Under the pieces are notes generated by a model. That model was not told where the DNA came from. It saw nothing but the letters and a program-made list of their open reading frames with translations, and searched no databases. Shown here piece by piece: positions 42,092 to 52,271 of a stretch of DNA of 64,000 nt. Source of the stretch: Wickerhamiella versatilis (taxonomy: Eukaryota); NCBI GenBank assembly GCA_030867685.1, contig JAQOWU010000003.1:1178001-1242000 (forward strand), written 5' to 3'. The number at the start of each line of letters is the position of its first letter. Position 1 is the stretch's first letter. The position numbers were made by a program, and so were the translations under genes.

Positions 42092-43486
42092 TTACAGAAG
42101 TCTAGCTAGCATTGCATTCCCTCCCACGATAGCACCGTCCAGCTGCCTGGATGCAGCATCAGCATCTAGTGGTGAGGAAAATTGAATATATGCCCGTGAT
42201 TTTCCCTTTACTTCATCAATGTCTACTATCTGCTCGGCAAATTTGGCCAGTAGGTCTCTTACGCACTCCAGCGAAGGTGCATTGTCAACAAGCACCGACT
42301 GCGATAACTTAAGAAGTGAGCCTGATATCGTTTCAAACGTCGTTTGGGGTGCCTGATGGTTGGAAATAGCTACACTTTCGTCTTTCCATATGGGAAATGG
42401 TTGGTCTTTTTGGTAATGCTGGTGGGCTGTAGGTGGTGTCTCCTCATCATATGGGGTCTCCATGGGCGTCTCTAGTGGTGTTTCGAGCGGTGTTTCTGCA
42501 GCTGAACCAATATTAAATTTAGAGGAAGTGGTTAGCTCTTCCGAATTAAATGCAGAGAATGAACCACGATACATTCGTTGAATAGCGCCTATGCTAGAAA
42601 TCTCGCAGGTGTAGAATTCAAGCTTAAGCCCCATCGTACCTTCCACCAAGCCCCACTTGCATAGATTTTGAACAGTAGATTTAGCTTCAAACTGAGCCAA
42701 ACCCTGTTTCAGACCCCGCTCATCGCAATCGTTGTATACGAGAACTGCAGATACGCATAACCTCAAATTCGAAAGAAATGCAAAGAGGTCTCGGGCGTTC
42801 CAGTTCATGGGAACCGCATCTACACGTGTAACATAGCCTGACTTTGAAGAATCTTTTATACGTATAAGCCCGTCCTTGTCGTATACTAGCTCTTCTTGGT
42901 TTGAATCAAGCGGGGAAGTGAATGGGATACCTGGATCAATCAGATGTGGGGGCGTAACTTTCGGACTCTCCGTATAGGGACTTATGGGAGTAACGTACTG
43001 TCGTAGAGGATTAGCTGGACTTGGAGAATTGCTATGTTCCACAGCTGTATACATGGGAGGTTCATTATCCAACGATACTGGGCTGGGAGATGGGGATTGT
43101 GCCGATCGCTTGCGATTTGCTCGTCTGTTCTGGTTCTTCCTATCTCTTGCTTTGATTTCCAGAACCCTACCAGCAATGGAAATTGGAATATTTGAATCCA
43201 GGACATTTTGGGCGGCTTCATGATTAGTGAAACACACGAAGCCATACGTGTACTCCATTGCCTGACCAGGACGTGCAGAATTCACAAACACAGCCTCAAT
43301 CTCGCCGAATCTAGCGAAAGCATCACGAATTTGTGCTTCGCTGGCAGTGTAGGAGAGGTTTCCGATGTAAACCGAACGCTCGTTGGCGAAACCTTGTTTC
43401 TTCATGGCATTCGCTGTTTCTGAGACTGGCTTGGTCATGCGCTGGTGAGCCCATCCACCGAGCCTATGGTTCCGCCAAAATGGCAT
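42092..43486 (-). CDS. Multi-RRM RNA-binding protein
   Basis: RNP2 VYIGNL and RNP1 YGFVCF, a further RRM-like unit, and a C-terminal RRM (RAYIQF). Start uncertain (ATG 43486 or 43438). Confidence 0.75.
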   Translation of the reverse strand: MPFWRNHRLGGWAHQRMTKPVSETANAMKKQGFANERSVYIGNLSYTASEAQIRDAFARFGEIEAVFVNSARPGQAMEYTYGFVCFTNHEAAQNVLDSNIPISIAGRVLEIKARDRKNQNRRANRKRSAQSPSPSPVSLDNEPPMYTAVEHSNSPSPANPLRQYVTPISPYTESPKVTPPHLIDPGIPFTSPLDSNQEELVYDKDGLIRIKDSSKSGYVTRVDAVPMNWNARDLFAFLSNLRLCVSAVLVYNDCDERGLKQGLAQFEAKSTVQNLCKWGLVEGTMGLKLEFYTCEISSIGAIQRMYRGSFSAFNSEELTTSSKFNIGSAAETPLETPLETPMETPYDEETPPTAHQHYQKDQPFPIWKDESVAISNHQAPQTTFETISGSLLKLSQSVLVDNAPSLECVRDLLAKFAEQIVDIDEVKGKSRAYIQFSSPLDADAASRQLDGAIVGGNAMLARLL

Positions 43487-44358
43487 TCTTGATGGCAAAA
43501 TTCGGTAGACAACTTCCCTTATGATCTGGCCCAGGGTTAGGTGTATTCTCAATTACTACATTTAAGAGACTTGCATAAATACGGTAAGTGTCGATAACTT
43601 ATTTACTGGATGTGGAAGTACGTTAGCTTTAAACGTTAGTTTACTTTATCAAAGGTCTCGAGTCAGGCTCATTCGACGAATTGATATTCAGTACATGCGT
43701 TTTCTGTGTAGGATTAGGGTATTAGGCAAGAAACTCTCTCATGCAAAGTACAAAATACTGGCTTGGTATGAATTTTTATAACAGCAATTCTTCTTGGTTT
43801 TGAGCAAGCTGAAGGAATTCGTTTTCACGCCAACTACCAGCGTAAAAAGTAACAATGTCTTATTATTATGTCAGGTAACGTCTCACTCCGCTTTGCTTTG
43901 TAAGCACGAATGCAGCTCGAGGCTAGGGTATAGTATGGCAGGTGAAGCACATTGCACATGGAGTCGCGGAAAATGAGTTCCAGGTATGTGTTTAAGGTAC
44001 TCATAGGGATCCAACATATAGGTGGGCTATTTTGCATTGTCCAACCAGCTTTTTGGTGATATCGTAAAAGAAACACCAACCTCTAAGGTGGTTGGTGTTC
44101 TTTTCCAGTTTCTGGTTTCCGACGAACTGAGTCCAGAAGATGTCGAGTGGCGCGCTGGTCTGCTCAATTTCCGTGATTCCGTGCTAGATTTCTTTCAAGG
44201 AATGATAGGCTCACCTTATGGCAGAAGAAATTCAAGGATAAATAGCTAAATATTAAAACTATGATATATCAAGATACGATATGCATGAGATGGCTTGGCT
44301 TAGTAAACACCAGTAGTGATGTATTTAAAAAAAAATTAGTGCGCTCTGTATTCTGGTA

Positions 44359-47169
44359 ATGGAGCTGGCTTCGCAGAGTGTCAAAATTGACGCTTCGTCA
44401 ATATCATGGGATCCGCAACCGATTCTATCGAATTTTCTCGGTGTTAGTATCGAGCCCAACAGTATCACTGAATACGCAAAGACGGACCTACTTCGTCATT
44501 TATTTGATTCTTTGGGTCGAGTTCCTCCTATCCGCTTAGGTGGCATCAAGAGTGATCATACATTAACAAATCCTAAGCTCAATCAAAGCTACGTGGCCAA
44601 CCCGGACCTAACAACCGCTGAATACATATATATCCGTGAGGATTGGTATGATCTTTTTAAAGATTATTATCACCCAGATACACAGTGGATTTACACACTG
44701 AATTTTGGCCATACGGATAACGATTTTGGTAATGCGACGTACATGCAACAATGGGCCCAGGAAAAGTTGAACCCATGGGCGTGGGAAGCGGGAAATGAGA
44801 TAGATCATTACATATCGCAGGGTTATCGAGGTGATGACTGGGACGTAAACGAATACGCTAAGCAATTCGATCACTTTGTTTCCAAATTTAACTCTTCTTT
44901 GTTGTGGCAATCCGCCGTTTTTGCTGACCCGCCCGACGTTCCATCTCAGCATGATGAGAGTGACGATATGAGTATAGCAAACCTAACAGCGACTGGTTTT
45001 AACCGATCGTTGTATAGCGTGCACCTGTATCCCATGTCCAATTGCGACCCTGGAAGAATCTCTTGGTTATCTCTAGATCTTCTGTCTAGCCACGAAACAA
45101 TCTGGACAAATATGAGTCAATATATTCCTCAGGTCGCAGCTGCTAAGCCTGGCACGGTTGTACTTGGCGAAACAAACTCAGCGAGCTGCAGTGGAAAATC
45201 TGGAATTAGCGATACCTTCGGCGCAGCGTTATGGACTGTTGACTATACTCTCACTGCGTTGACTATAGGACTTGAAAAGGTTTTCTTCCACTTGGGCCAT
45301 CAGTCTGACTATTCACCTTTCATACCTTTACCGTTCACTAAAGAAGATGAGACGCTGCAACCAGGTATCCGTGCCAACTGGTATGGATTTCATTTTTTGA
45401 GCTGGCTTGGTTCGAACACTAGTGATTCCTATCAGATTTCCAGCCTTAAGGAGGCCAACTATACGGATCTAAGTGGCTACGCTATAAAATCTGAAGATGA
45501 TAAATTACATCAGCTGGTGTTCATTAATTTGGGAGTGTGGAATTCGTCTGAGTGGCTATCCAATCCATCCACTTACAGCGGCGACGACTCAAGTCCCAGT
45601 TATGCATCTAATGGGACCCGGCCAATACAGTCTTTGGATTTGAGCACAGAATGGGACGAAGGATCAGAAGTTAGAATTTTCAGGCTCACTGGTCCTGGAA
45701 CTAACGCTAAGAATAACGTTTCATTTGCAGGTATGACTGTCAATAACGATACAGGTAAGCCCGAGGGAACAGTTGTTTTCGATTCTGGTGTTGTTGGCCC
45801 CAATGGGTCCTTAAAGGTGACATTGAAAAAAGCTGAAGCTATTCTCATTGAACAATCTGGATACTATCGAAATAGCACACAGCCAGGTTCTTCTAATGCC
45901 ACAGGTTCTTCTCATGCTACAGGTCTTCCAAAGACTACAGGTTTCTCCAATGCCACGGGTTCCTCTCATGTAACAGGTCTTCCTAAGACTACAAGTTTCT
46001 CCAATGCCACAGGTTCCTCTCATGTTACAGGTTTCCCTAATGTTACAGGCTCCTCTCATGCTACAGGTTTCCCTAATGTAACAGGTCTTCCTAAGACTTC
46101 AGGTTTCTCCAATGCCACAGTTTCCTCTCATGTTACAAGTTTCCCTAATGTTACAGGCTCCTCTCATGCTACAGGTTTCCCTAATGTAACAGGTCTTCCT
46201 AAGACTTCAGGTTTCTCCAATGCCACAGTTTCCTCTCATGTTACAAGTTTCCCTAATGTTACAGGCTCCTCTCATGCTACAGGTTTCCCTAATGTAACAG
46301 GTCTTCCTAAGACTACAGGTTTCTCCAATGCCACAGGTTCCTCTTATGTTACAGGTTTCCCGAATGTAACAGATCTTCCTAAGACTTCAGGTTTCTCCAA
46401 TGCCACAGGTTCCTCTCATGTTATAGGTTTCCCTAATGCTACAGGTTCCTCTCATGTTACAGGTTTCCCTAATGTTACAGGCTCCTCTCATGCTACAGGT
46501 CTTCCTAAGACTACAGGTTTCTCCAATGCTACAGGCTCCTCTCATGCTACAGGTTTCTCCAATGCCATAGGTTCCTCTCATGTTACAGGTCTTCCTAAGA
46601 CTACAGGTTTCTCCAATGCTACAGGCTCCTCTCATGTAACAGGTTTCCCCAATGCCACAGGTTCCTCTCATGCCACAGGTTCTCCTAATTCTACAGGCTC
46701 CTCTCATGCTTCAGGTTCTTCTAATGCCAGAGGTTCCTCTCATGCTACAGGTTCTTCTCATGCTTCAGGTTCTTCTAATGCCAGAGGTTCCTCTCATGCT
46801 ACAGGATCCCCTAATGCCGCAGGCTCCCCTAATGCTACAGGTTCTCCTGATGCCACAGGCTCCCCTGATGCCACAGGTCCCCCTAATGCTACAGGCTCCC
46901 CTGATGCCACAGGTCCCCCTAATGCTACAGGCTCCCCTAATACTACAGGTTCTCCTGATGCTACAGGCTCCCCTAATGCTTCAGGTCCCCCTGATGCCAC
47001 AGGTCCCCCTAATGCTACAGGTTCTCCTGATACTACGGGTTCTTCTAATGCTAGAGGTTCCCATGCTGCTACTAGGCCTCACACTACTAGCGCATCGTAC
47101 ATCATCGATAATGGAGCGGCAACGTTAAAACTAAGCGGTATTCTGGCACTTGCCTTGTATCTGCTTTGA
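44359..47169 (+). CDS. GH79 beta-glucuronidase-like glycoside hydrolase with tandem-repeat stalk and GPI-anchor signal
   Basis: IRLGG, acid/base EAGNEIDHY, nucleophile LGETNSASCSG..GISDTFGAALW.VDY, and a C-terminal NGA + hydrophobic tail. The signal peptide appears frameshifted upstream (see findings). Confidence 0.88.
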   Translation: MELASQSVKIDASSISWDPQPILSNFLGVSIEPNSITEYAKTDLLRHLFDSLGRVPPIRLGGIKSDHTLTNPKLNQSYVANPDLTTAEYIYIREDWYDLFKDYYHPDTQWIYTLNFGHTDNDFGNATYMQQWAQEKLNPWAWEAGNEIDHYISQGYRGDDWDVNEYAKQFDHFVSKFNSSLLWQSAVFADPPDVPSQHDESDDMSIANLTATGFNRSLYSVHLYPMSNCDPGRISWLSLDLLSSHETIWTNMSQYIPQVAAAKPGTVVLGETNSASCSGKSGISDTFGAALWTVDYTLTALTIGLEKVFFHLGHQSDYSPFIPLPFTKEDETLQPGIRANWYGFHFLSWLGSNTSDSYQISSLKEANYTDLSGYAIKSEDDKLHQLVFINLGVWNSSEWLSNPSTYSGDDSSPSYASNGTRPIQSLDLSTEWDEGSEVRIFRLTGPGTNAKNNVSFAGMTVNNDTGKPEGTVVFDSGVVGPNGSLKVTLKKAEAILIEQSGYYRNSTQPGSSNATGSSHATGLPKTTGFSNATGSSHVTGLPKTTSFSNATGSSHVTGFPNVTGSSHATGFPNVTGLPKTSGFSNATVSSHVTSFPNVTGSSHATGFPNVTGLPKTSGFSNATVSSHVTSFPNVTGSSHATGFPNVTGLPKTTGFSNATGSSYVTGFPNVTDLPKTSGFSNATGSSHVIGFPNATGSSHVTGFPNVTGSSHATGLPKTTGFSNATGSSHATGFSNAIGSSHVTGLPKTTGFSNATGSSHVTGFPNATGSSHATGSPNSTGSSHASGSSNARGSSHATGSSHASGSSNARGSSHATGSPNAAGSPNATGSPDATGSPDATGPPNATGSPDATGPPNATGSPNTTGSPDATGSPNASGPPDATGPPNATGSPDTTGSSNARGSHAATRPHTTSASYIIDNGAATLKLSGILALALYLL
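45886..47066 (+). repeat. Coding minisatellite: 18-bp units with 108-bp higher-order repeats
   Basis: Units such as AATGCCACAGGTTCCTCT and CATGTTACAGGTTTCCCT encode NATGSS, HVTGFP and KTTGFS. Near-identical 108-bp blocks start at 46021, 46129 and 46237. Confidence 0.95.
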
Positions 47170-47290
47170 AATTGTCACATAAATAATTATGATATATATT
47201 GTATTGCTCTTGATAAGACCAATCGAGTTCACGAAATGATGTAAATACAATAAGTTAAACTTACCTGCTGTTTAGTCATCGACATTCAGG

Positions 47291-49084
47291 ATGGCCGGTC
47301 CACCCCCGCCGCCTCCGCCGCCTCCCAGCATTGGGCGTTCCCCCAAGGGGAGCGCTAATGCTCCTGCGGCGGCTCCTTCTGCCATGCCCACTGATCTACT
47401 TGGAGCAATTCAAAAAGGTAAGAAGTTGAAGAAGAACGAGACAAACGATAGGTCTGCACCTCAGACAGGAGGCCGTGTGTTGGATGGTCCACCACCTCCT
47501 GGTACTACAGCCCCAACTAGTAAAGCAAGTGCACCTAAGGTGCCGTCACAGGCTTCTGATATGCCTGATCCGGCACAAGCTGCAGCAAGTCCTCTGATGG
47601 CAGAGCTCTTAGGAGGCGCCAAGTTGAGACATCGTGGAGGAGTAGGAGGTAGTATAAATTCTGCAGCTCCGATAAGCTCTTCTGGGGCACCTCCAGTACC
47701 AATTAAGTCTGATAAAGAAACGAGCAGTTTCAGTCACCAATCTCCTCACACAATAGCCAGACCTCCACCACTAGGGGGTGCTCCTTCAGGAGGTGGTGCG
47801 CCACCAGTTCCTGGTAATGCTCCTCCATCTACAGGTAGAGCGCCACCAGTCCCCGCTAGTGCTCCTCCTCCTCCAAGAAGCGCTCCACCCCCTCCAGGTC
47901 ATCCACCCACATTTACAGGTGGAGCACCTCCAGTTCCAGGGAATGCACCCCCTATTCCTGGTAACAGTCCGGCAAATCGGGATAATGCCCCTTCAGCTCC
48001 AGGAAATGTACCCCCTATCCTAAGAAAGCCACTAGCATCCCACACTTCTGAAAGTCCAGCACCGCCAGCGCCGCCGCCTCCTCCCCCTACGTCGGCTCCA
48101 GGAGGTTCATCAATTCCAGAGGCTCCACATCATCGCCCGAAACCCAAACCAAAACCGAAGCCTAAACCAAAGCCCAAGATTGCATTATCGGAGGTGGTTG
48201 GTACTGTACAGAAATCGACACCTCAAGCTGCTCCGCAACCTCCAACAAAAGGACCGCCATCAGCACCCCCGGTGCCTGGCATGCCGAATTCTAAGCCACC
48301 AACCATACCTGCAACAACGACAAAGGAACCTGATGTCACTCACTCATCGGGTGGTGCGCCACCACCACCACCTCCTCCTCTTCCCTTCTCACAGCCACCG
48401 ACAACAGCCAATCGATTTGCTGAAAGGAAAGCACCACCTATAGCAAATTCCAGTGCCCCAGAATTTTCTAACCCACAAAAACCTCATCAAAAAGAGCCTG
48501 TGCAGCACACAAAATTTGATAGTATAAGTGAATCTATTAGCCATTCACCATCTTTACCACAAAATACAAGTGCTAATAGGCCAATAGTGCCCAGTGGTGC
48601 GCCTCCAGTTCCCGGTGGTGCGCCTCCAATTCCTGGCGGTTCGGCACCTAATGCACCTGCCCCCCCACCAGTACGTGGAAATAGCATTGGAGCCCCTCGT
48701 CCTCCGCCAGCACGTCAAGAATCTTCTACTAGCAGAATCACTTCGCAGGGGTCTGTTGAAACTGGTGAGCATTCGACGGCCAGTTTTTCTGCTCCACCAC
48801 CCCCACCACCACCCCCATCAGTTGCACCTTCCAGTACATCTCGTACTAGTTCCCATCACCGAGCTCCTCCACCAGCCCCATCTGCTCCACCGATGACTGT
48901 TCGTAAACCAGTCAATGGAACTGTCACACAAAAGATAGTTATCAATGATAGTAGATTTCAATTCAAGGAAAAAGACGACTTGCCTTTACCGCGGCAATTT
49001 CCAAATGGGCACTTTCCACAAAAACGACTTTATCCAAGCGGCAGAGGAGCAACAGTGCCTCTGAATCTTAACCTTTATACATAG
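47291..49084 (+). CDS. VRP1: Verprolin/WIP
   Basis: N-terminal poly-Pro, WH2 LLGAIQKGKKLKK.ETNDRSAP, and C-terminal DSRFQF....LP.PR.F....RLYPSGRG.TVPL.L. Confidence 0.93.
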   Translation: MAGPPPPPPPPPSIGRSPKGSANAPAAAPSAMPTDLLGAIQKGKKLKKNETNDRSAPQTGGRVLDGPPPPGTTAPTSKASAPKVPSQASDMPDPAQAAASPLMAELLGGAKLRHRGGVGGSINSAAPISSSGAPPVPIKSDKETSSFSHQSPHTIARPPPLGGAPSGGGAPPVPGNAPPSTGRAPPVPASAPPPPRSAPPPPGHPPTFTGGAPPVPGNAPPIPGNSPANRDNAPSAPGNVPPILRKPLASHTSESPAPPAPPPPPPTSAPGGSSIPEAPHHRPKPKPKPKPKPKPKIALSEVVGTVQKSTPQAAPQPPTKGPPSAPPVPGMPNSKPPTIPATTTKEPDVTHSSGGAPPPPPPPLPFSQPPTTANRFAERKAPPIANSSAPEFSNPQKPHQKEPVQHTKFDSISESISHSPSLPQNTSANRPIVPSGAPPVPGGAPPIPGGSAPNAPAPPPVRGNSIGAPRPPPARQESSTSRITSQGSVETGEHSTASFSAPPPPPPPPSVAPSSTSRTSSHHRAPPPAPSAPPMTVRKPVNGTVTQKIVINDSRFQFKEKDDLPLPRQFPNGHFPQKRLYPSGRGATVPLNLNLYT

Positions 49085-49153
49085 ATGGACACGTATTGCG
49101 TCTCTAACAGTAGAAAATTCCTATTTATGACTATAATTAGAGCCATAATACAC

Positions 49154-49918
49154 TTAATCGGCCAAAGAAAGAACTTCCAGCTCCCAGTCAAGATTATCAG
49201 ACACATGGGTAGCAGGAGACATTAATACTCCCTCAGTGTCAGGAGACATTAAAATTTCGTCAGTACGAGGGGAAGTATCAATTCCTCCAGCCACGTCGTA
49301 TTTTGAGGATTCAGAGAAGAGTGGCCTAACTGGTGTGACAGGGGCGCTGCTAGACTTACCCATTGAATTACCTTCTGTGCAATGAAGACAAAGCCGAGCC
49401 AGGTCTCGATAGTACATAGCAGCGTACTGCGCACCTCTGGCATGGATTATACTACGAACACGTAACGTTATACCAAGCAAATCAGATTGTGACACAATTT
49501 CGCCATCTATTTCTGGAATACCAATGGGTAGGTACTTTATTACAATAGTTTTGAAGTCTGTCAAAAATCGTCGTAATGAGTCCTTCGCGTTTAACGTCAA
49601 AGAAAGAAACTCATAAGTACCCAAGACCATTATGGTTATCGAGGGTTCGTACCTACGCTCTGGACCATCACCCGCGAAGACATTATCCAACGAACTAGAG
49701 GCCATGAAATTATCCTGCCTATAGCTACGCATTTCCAGAAGAGATAGCATGTCCTTACGATCCGGAAAGTACGTACTCATATATGCACACAGATTTGGTC
49801 TCAGAAGGTCAAGTATTTGTATGGCTATTTCTGGTTGTCTCTGCTCAATATCATAAAGAACGTCAGGAAAGATGTGGCGCAAAAGCTCCAACTGACGTGC
49901 CAGAATTGCTTTTTCCAT
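49154..49918 (-). CDS. Hypothetical protein
   Basis: Long ORF filling the gap between VRP1 and ERV1; the frame stays open to 50080 and the first ATG is 49918. No family recognised. Confidence 0.55.
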   Translation of the reverse strand: MEKAILARQLELLRHIFPDVLYDIEQRQPEIAIQILDLLRPNLCAYMSTYFPDRKDMLSLLEMRSYRQDNFMASSSLDNVFAGDGPERRYEPSITIMVLGTYEFLSLTLNAKDSLRRFLTDFKTIVIKYLPIGIPEIDGEIVSQSDLLGITLRVRSIIHARGAQYAAMYYRDLARLCLHCTEGNSMGKSSSAPVTPVRPLFSESSKYDVAGGIDTSPRTDEILMSPDTEGVLMSPATHVSDNLDWELEVLSLAD

Positions 49919-50316
49919 CTTTCCTACAGACCCATCCAGATGACATGCTACTCTTGTATAGATCTGGAATACTAATGTAGGTCCAAAGCTTAACCTTAGT
50001 GGATGCAGAAGTATATAAAAAAATATTGGTCTTTCAACGTGCGATCGAGGTAAGGGGATAACCCTGGAGTGCGTCCACACTGAAGATACGTAAAATCATA
50101 GAGAATCACTAGATACTCTTTTTAAAAATAGAGGGTTATTACAGGTAAGTAGTTCCAGCGCCGAACGCTTTCCTCTGTGATTTAAAGCCCTTCCCATCTT
50201 TTTTGGGCAACTATCTATGTACAGCTCAGATAAAGATAAACACGGCAATTTTTTGGGAGTAAATCGTTAAGTGGTGTGTGTATAATGACGTGTGTATCAC
50301 CGCGAATCAAGGGTAT

Positions 50317-50805
50317 CTACCAGCCATCACGCCAACGCTTGCGCCACAATGCGCAGTCAAATGATGGTTTTCCGAGTTTGGAATTGACTGCATTATGTGC
50401 ACTGCAGAACCAAAGGCTTAGGCCCTCACGACCAGTTAGATCGGGCTCGTGGCTGGCTTTCCACTTACGGAAATCCAATGCACAATACGAGCACGGATAA
50501 AATTCTGAGAAAGCATCAATAAAATTTCGCATTTTCTGTTGCTCTTCTAGCGATGCACTCTGAGGATATTTAGCAGCCATGGAATGCAAAAGAGTCCAAG
50601 TATGAGTTCCCAATTGCTCTCGATCCGGAGGATCATCCCTGTATGTTGGTTCTGCAGATGAAGACTGCTCGTTTGCCCTCACAGGCTGAGCCCCACCAGT
50701 AGCCCCAAGGAAGTCTTTCAATGTGTTGCATGTCCGACAAGGTTTGCCATCTTCATCAAGTATGACCTTCTTGCCATTCACGATACCTTCTCTGTACTGT
50801 GTCAT
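50317..50805 (-). CDS. ERV1: Mitochondrial IMS sulfhydryl oxidase
   Basis: DEDGKPCRTCNTL shuttle CxxC, PPDREQLG..TW.LLH, FYPCSYCA, WFCSAHN.VN.KLGKP.FDC, RWRDGW. Confidence 0.96.
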   Translation of the reverse strand: MTQYREGIVNGKKVILDEDGKPCRTCNTLKDFLGATGGAQPVRANEQSSSAEPTYRDDPPDREQLGTHTWTLLHSMAAKYPQSASLEEQQKMRNFIDAFSEFYPCSYCALDFRKWKASHEPDLTGREGLSLWFCSAHNAVNSKLGKPSFDCALWRKRWRDGW

Positions 50806-50862
50806 GACTAAGAAAATAAAGTCCTAGATGCACGTTTAACACCAAAGTTTTCGTCAGCTTCA

Positions 50863-51951
50863 TTAATCTACTTCAGGAATATTTTCTGGTACGTAACCAT
50901 TAGGCAGCTGAGGAGCGGCATGTCCGTGGGTAAAGAAGTCTGATGTCCTCAATGGCCGAATCTCCATATGTTCTGGAGCTCCCGCAAGCTTTTTGCCATT
51001 TCTATAGTGGGTCCTGAAGAATTCCCGCATTGCCCGCATTGCAGCATCGCGACATACTTCTTTAAGATCAGAACCACTCAGCCCCTGTGTGCCTACAACT
51101 ACAGCCTCCAAGTCAAAGTCTTTCTCATCCAGCTTAGTGTCCCGTAGAAGGAGTTTAAGAATCCGGCGACGTTCTGTGGCAGCTGGTAGCGGTACTGCAA
51201 ATCTCTTTGGTAAGCGCCTCAAAATGGCCTTGTCTATATCACTGGGCCGGTTAGTTGCACCCAGTACAATCACCCGGCCAGCAGTAGTTAATCCGTCCCA
51301 CCAGGTCATGAATTCAGCCTTCACCATTGCCGTGGCTTCATGGTCGCTTGTAGCTCTCTCCCGCATAAAGCTATCGATTTCATCGATGAAAATAATACAC
51401 GGCTCCAACTTTTGTGCAAGGGAGAATATGGCTGCAACAAGTTTGTTAGACTCGCCATACCATTTGTCCATAATAGTAGACATTTTAATGTTTAAGAAAT
51501 TGGCACCTGATTCAGCAGCCAGTGCCTTGGCCAGCATTGTCTTTCCACAGCCAGGAGGACCATAAAGTAGTACACCCTTAGGTGCCTGGAGGAGTGACGA
51601 GCTCTGGTACAATGCCGGTTCCATTAAAGGATATAATACACATTCCCGGAGCTCATCAATGATACCGCTCAACCCACCAATATCCTTAAACCCAACAGAT
51701 ATTTCACTTGGACCCACTACCGAGGCCAGTAATGTGTTCTCGTATTCGTCAAGTACCAATTCACGATCAGGGTCCTCTCTCTGGAGACGCCGCAGAGAAT
51801 CCGCTGCTCGTTGTGAGGTTTCCTGAGATATTTGACGACCACCCTCACTCTGAGCATTTAAAAGGATGCTCAACATATAGTAGACGCTAGTTCCAGCGCC
51901 TACGAGGAAGGCAACATCTGTTAAAAGCCGAAGTGTGTCGCCTTTAGCCAT
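50863..51951 (-). CDS. MSP1: Outer-membrane AAA+ dislocase
   Basis: N-terminal [32 protein letters not shown]...KAEFM..WDGL. Start at ATG 51951. Confidence 0.93.
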   Translation of the reverse strand: MAKGDTLRLLTDVAFLVGAGTSVYYMLSILLNAQSEGGRQISQETSQRAADSLRRLQREDPDRELVLDEYENTLLASVVGPSEISVGFKDIGGLSGIIDELRECVLYPLMEPALYQSSSLLQAPKGVLLYGPPGCGKTMLAKALAAESGANFLNIKMSTIMDKWYGESNKLVAAIFSLAQKLEPCIIFIDEIDSFMRERATSDHEATAMVKAEFMTWWDGLTTAGRVIVLGATNRPSDIDKAILRRLPKRFAVPLPAATERRRILKLLLRDTKLDEKDFDLEAVVVGTQGLSGSDLKEVCRDAAMRAMREFFRTHYRNGKKLAGAPEHMEIRPLRTSDFFTHGHAAPQLPNGYVPENIPEVD

Positions 51952-52271
51952 GAGTAAGCTATCCGATAGGCCGTGGTGGCGCTTATGTAGAATTATTGGA
52001 GGACCGCTGAGAATTTTCAGAAATCTTCCTGTGCGATATTGGCACCAGTACTCAAGCTTTACCATTACACATTCTAACTGGTTAAGTATACCACTTTGCT
52101 TATTTGAATAGTCCATAAGTTCACTCAATTTAGCTCTCCAGATATGCAAACGTCTGCAAAGCGCTATATAGGTGGATAATGCAACAGTCTCGAGAGCCAT
52201 CAAAGTACTATATGCCTATAAGATGCACAAGAAATTACCGTACACCTCTTCTTACCTCAGCTGGTCGCGTC

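Noticed and set aside
45886-47066. Repeat array considered as CRISPR or non-coding satellite
   Set aside because: Units are contiguous multiples of 3 with no unique spacers and lie in frame within the GH79 CDS. The antisense and alternate-frame ORFs there are by-products of the repeat.
51952-52271. Long N-terminal extensions of MSP1 and SAE2 in the ORF track, making them overlap
   Set aside because: Family-typical sequence begins at the downstream ATGs (51951 and 52272); the region is better read as a divergent promoter.
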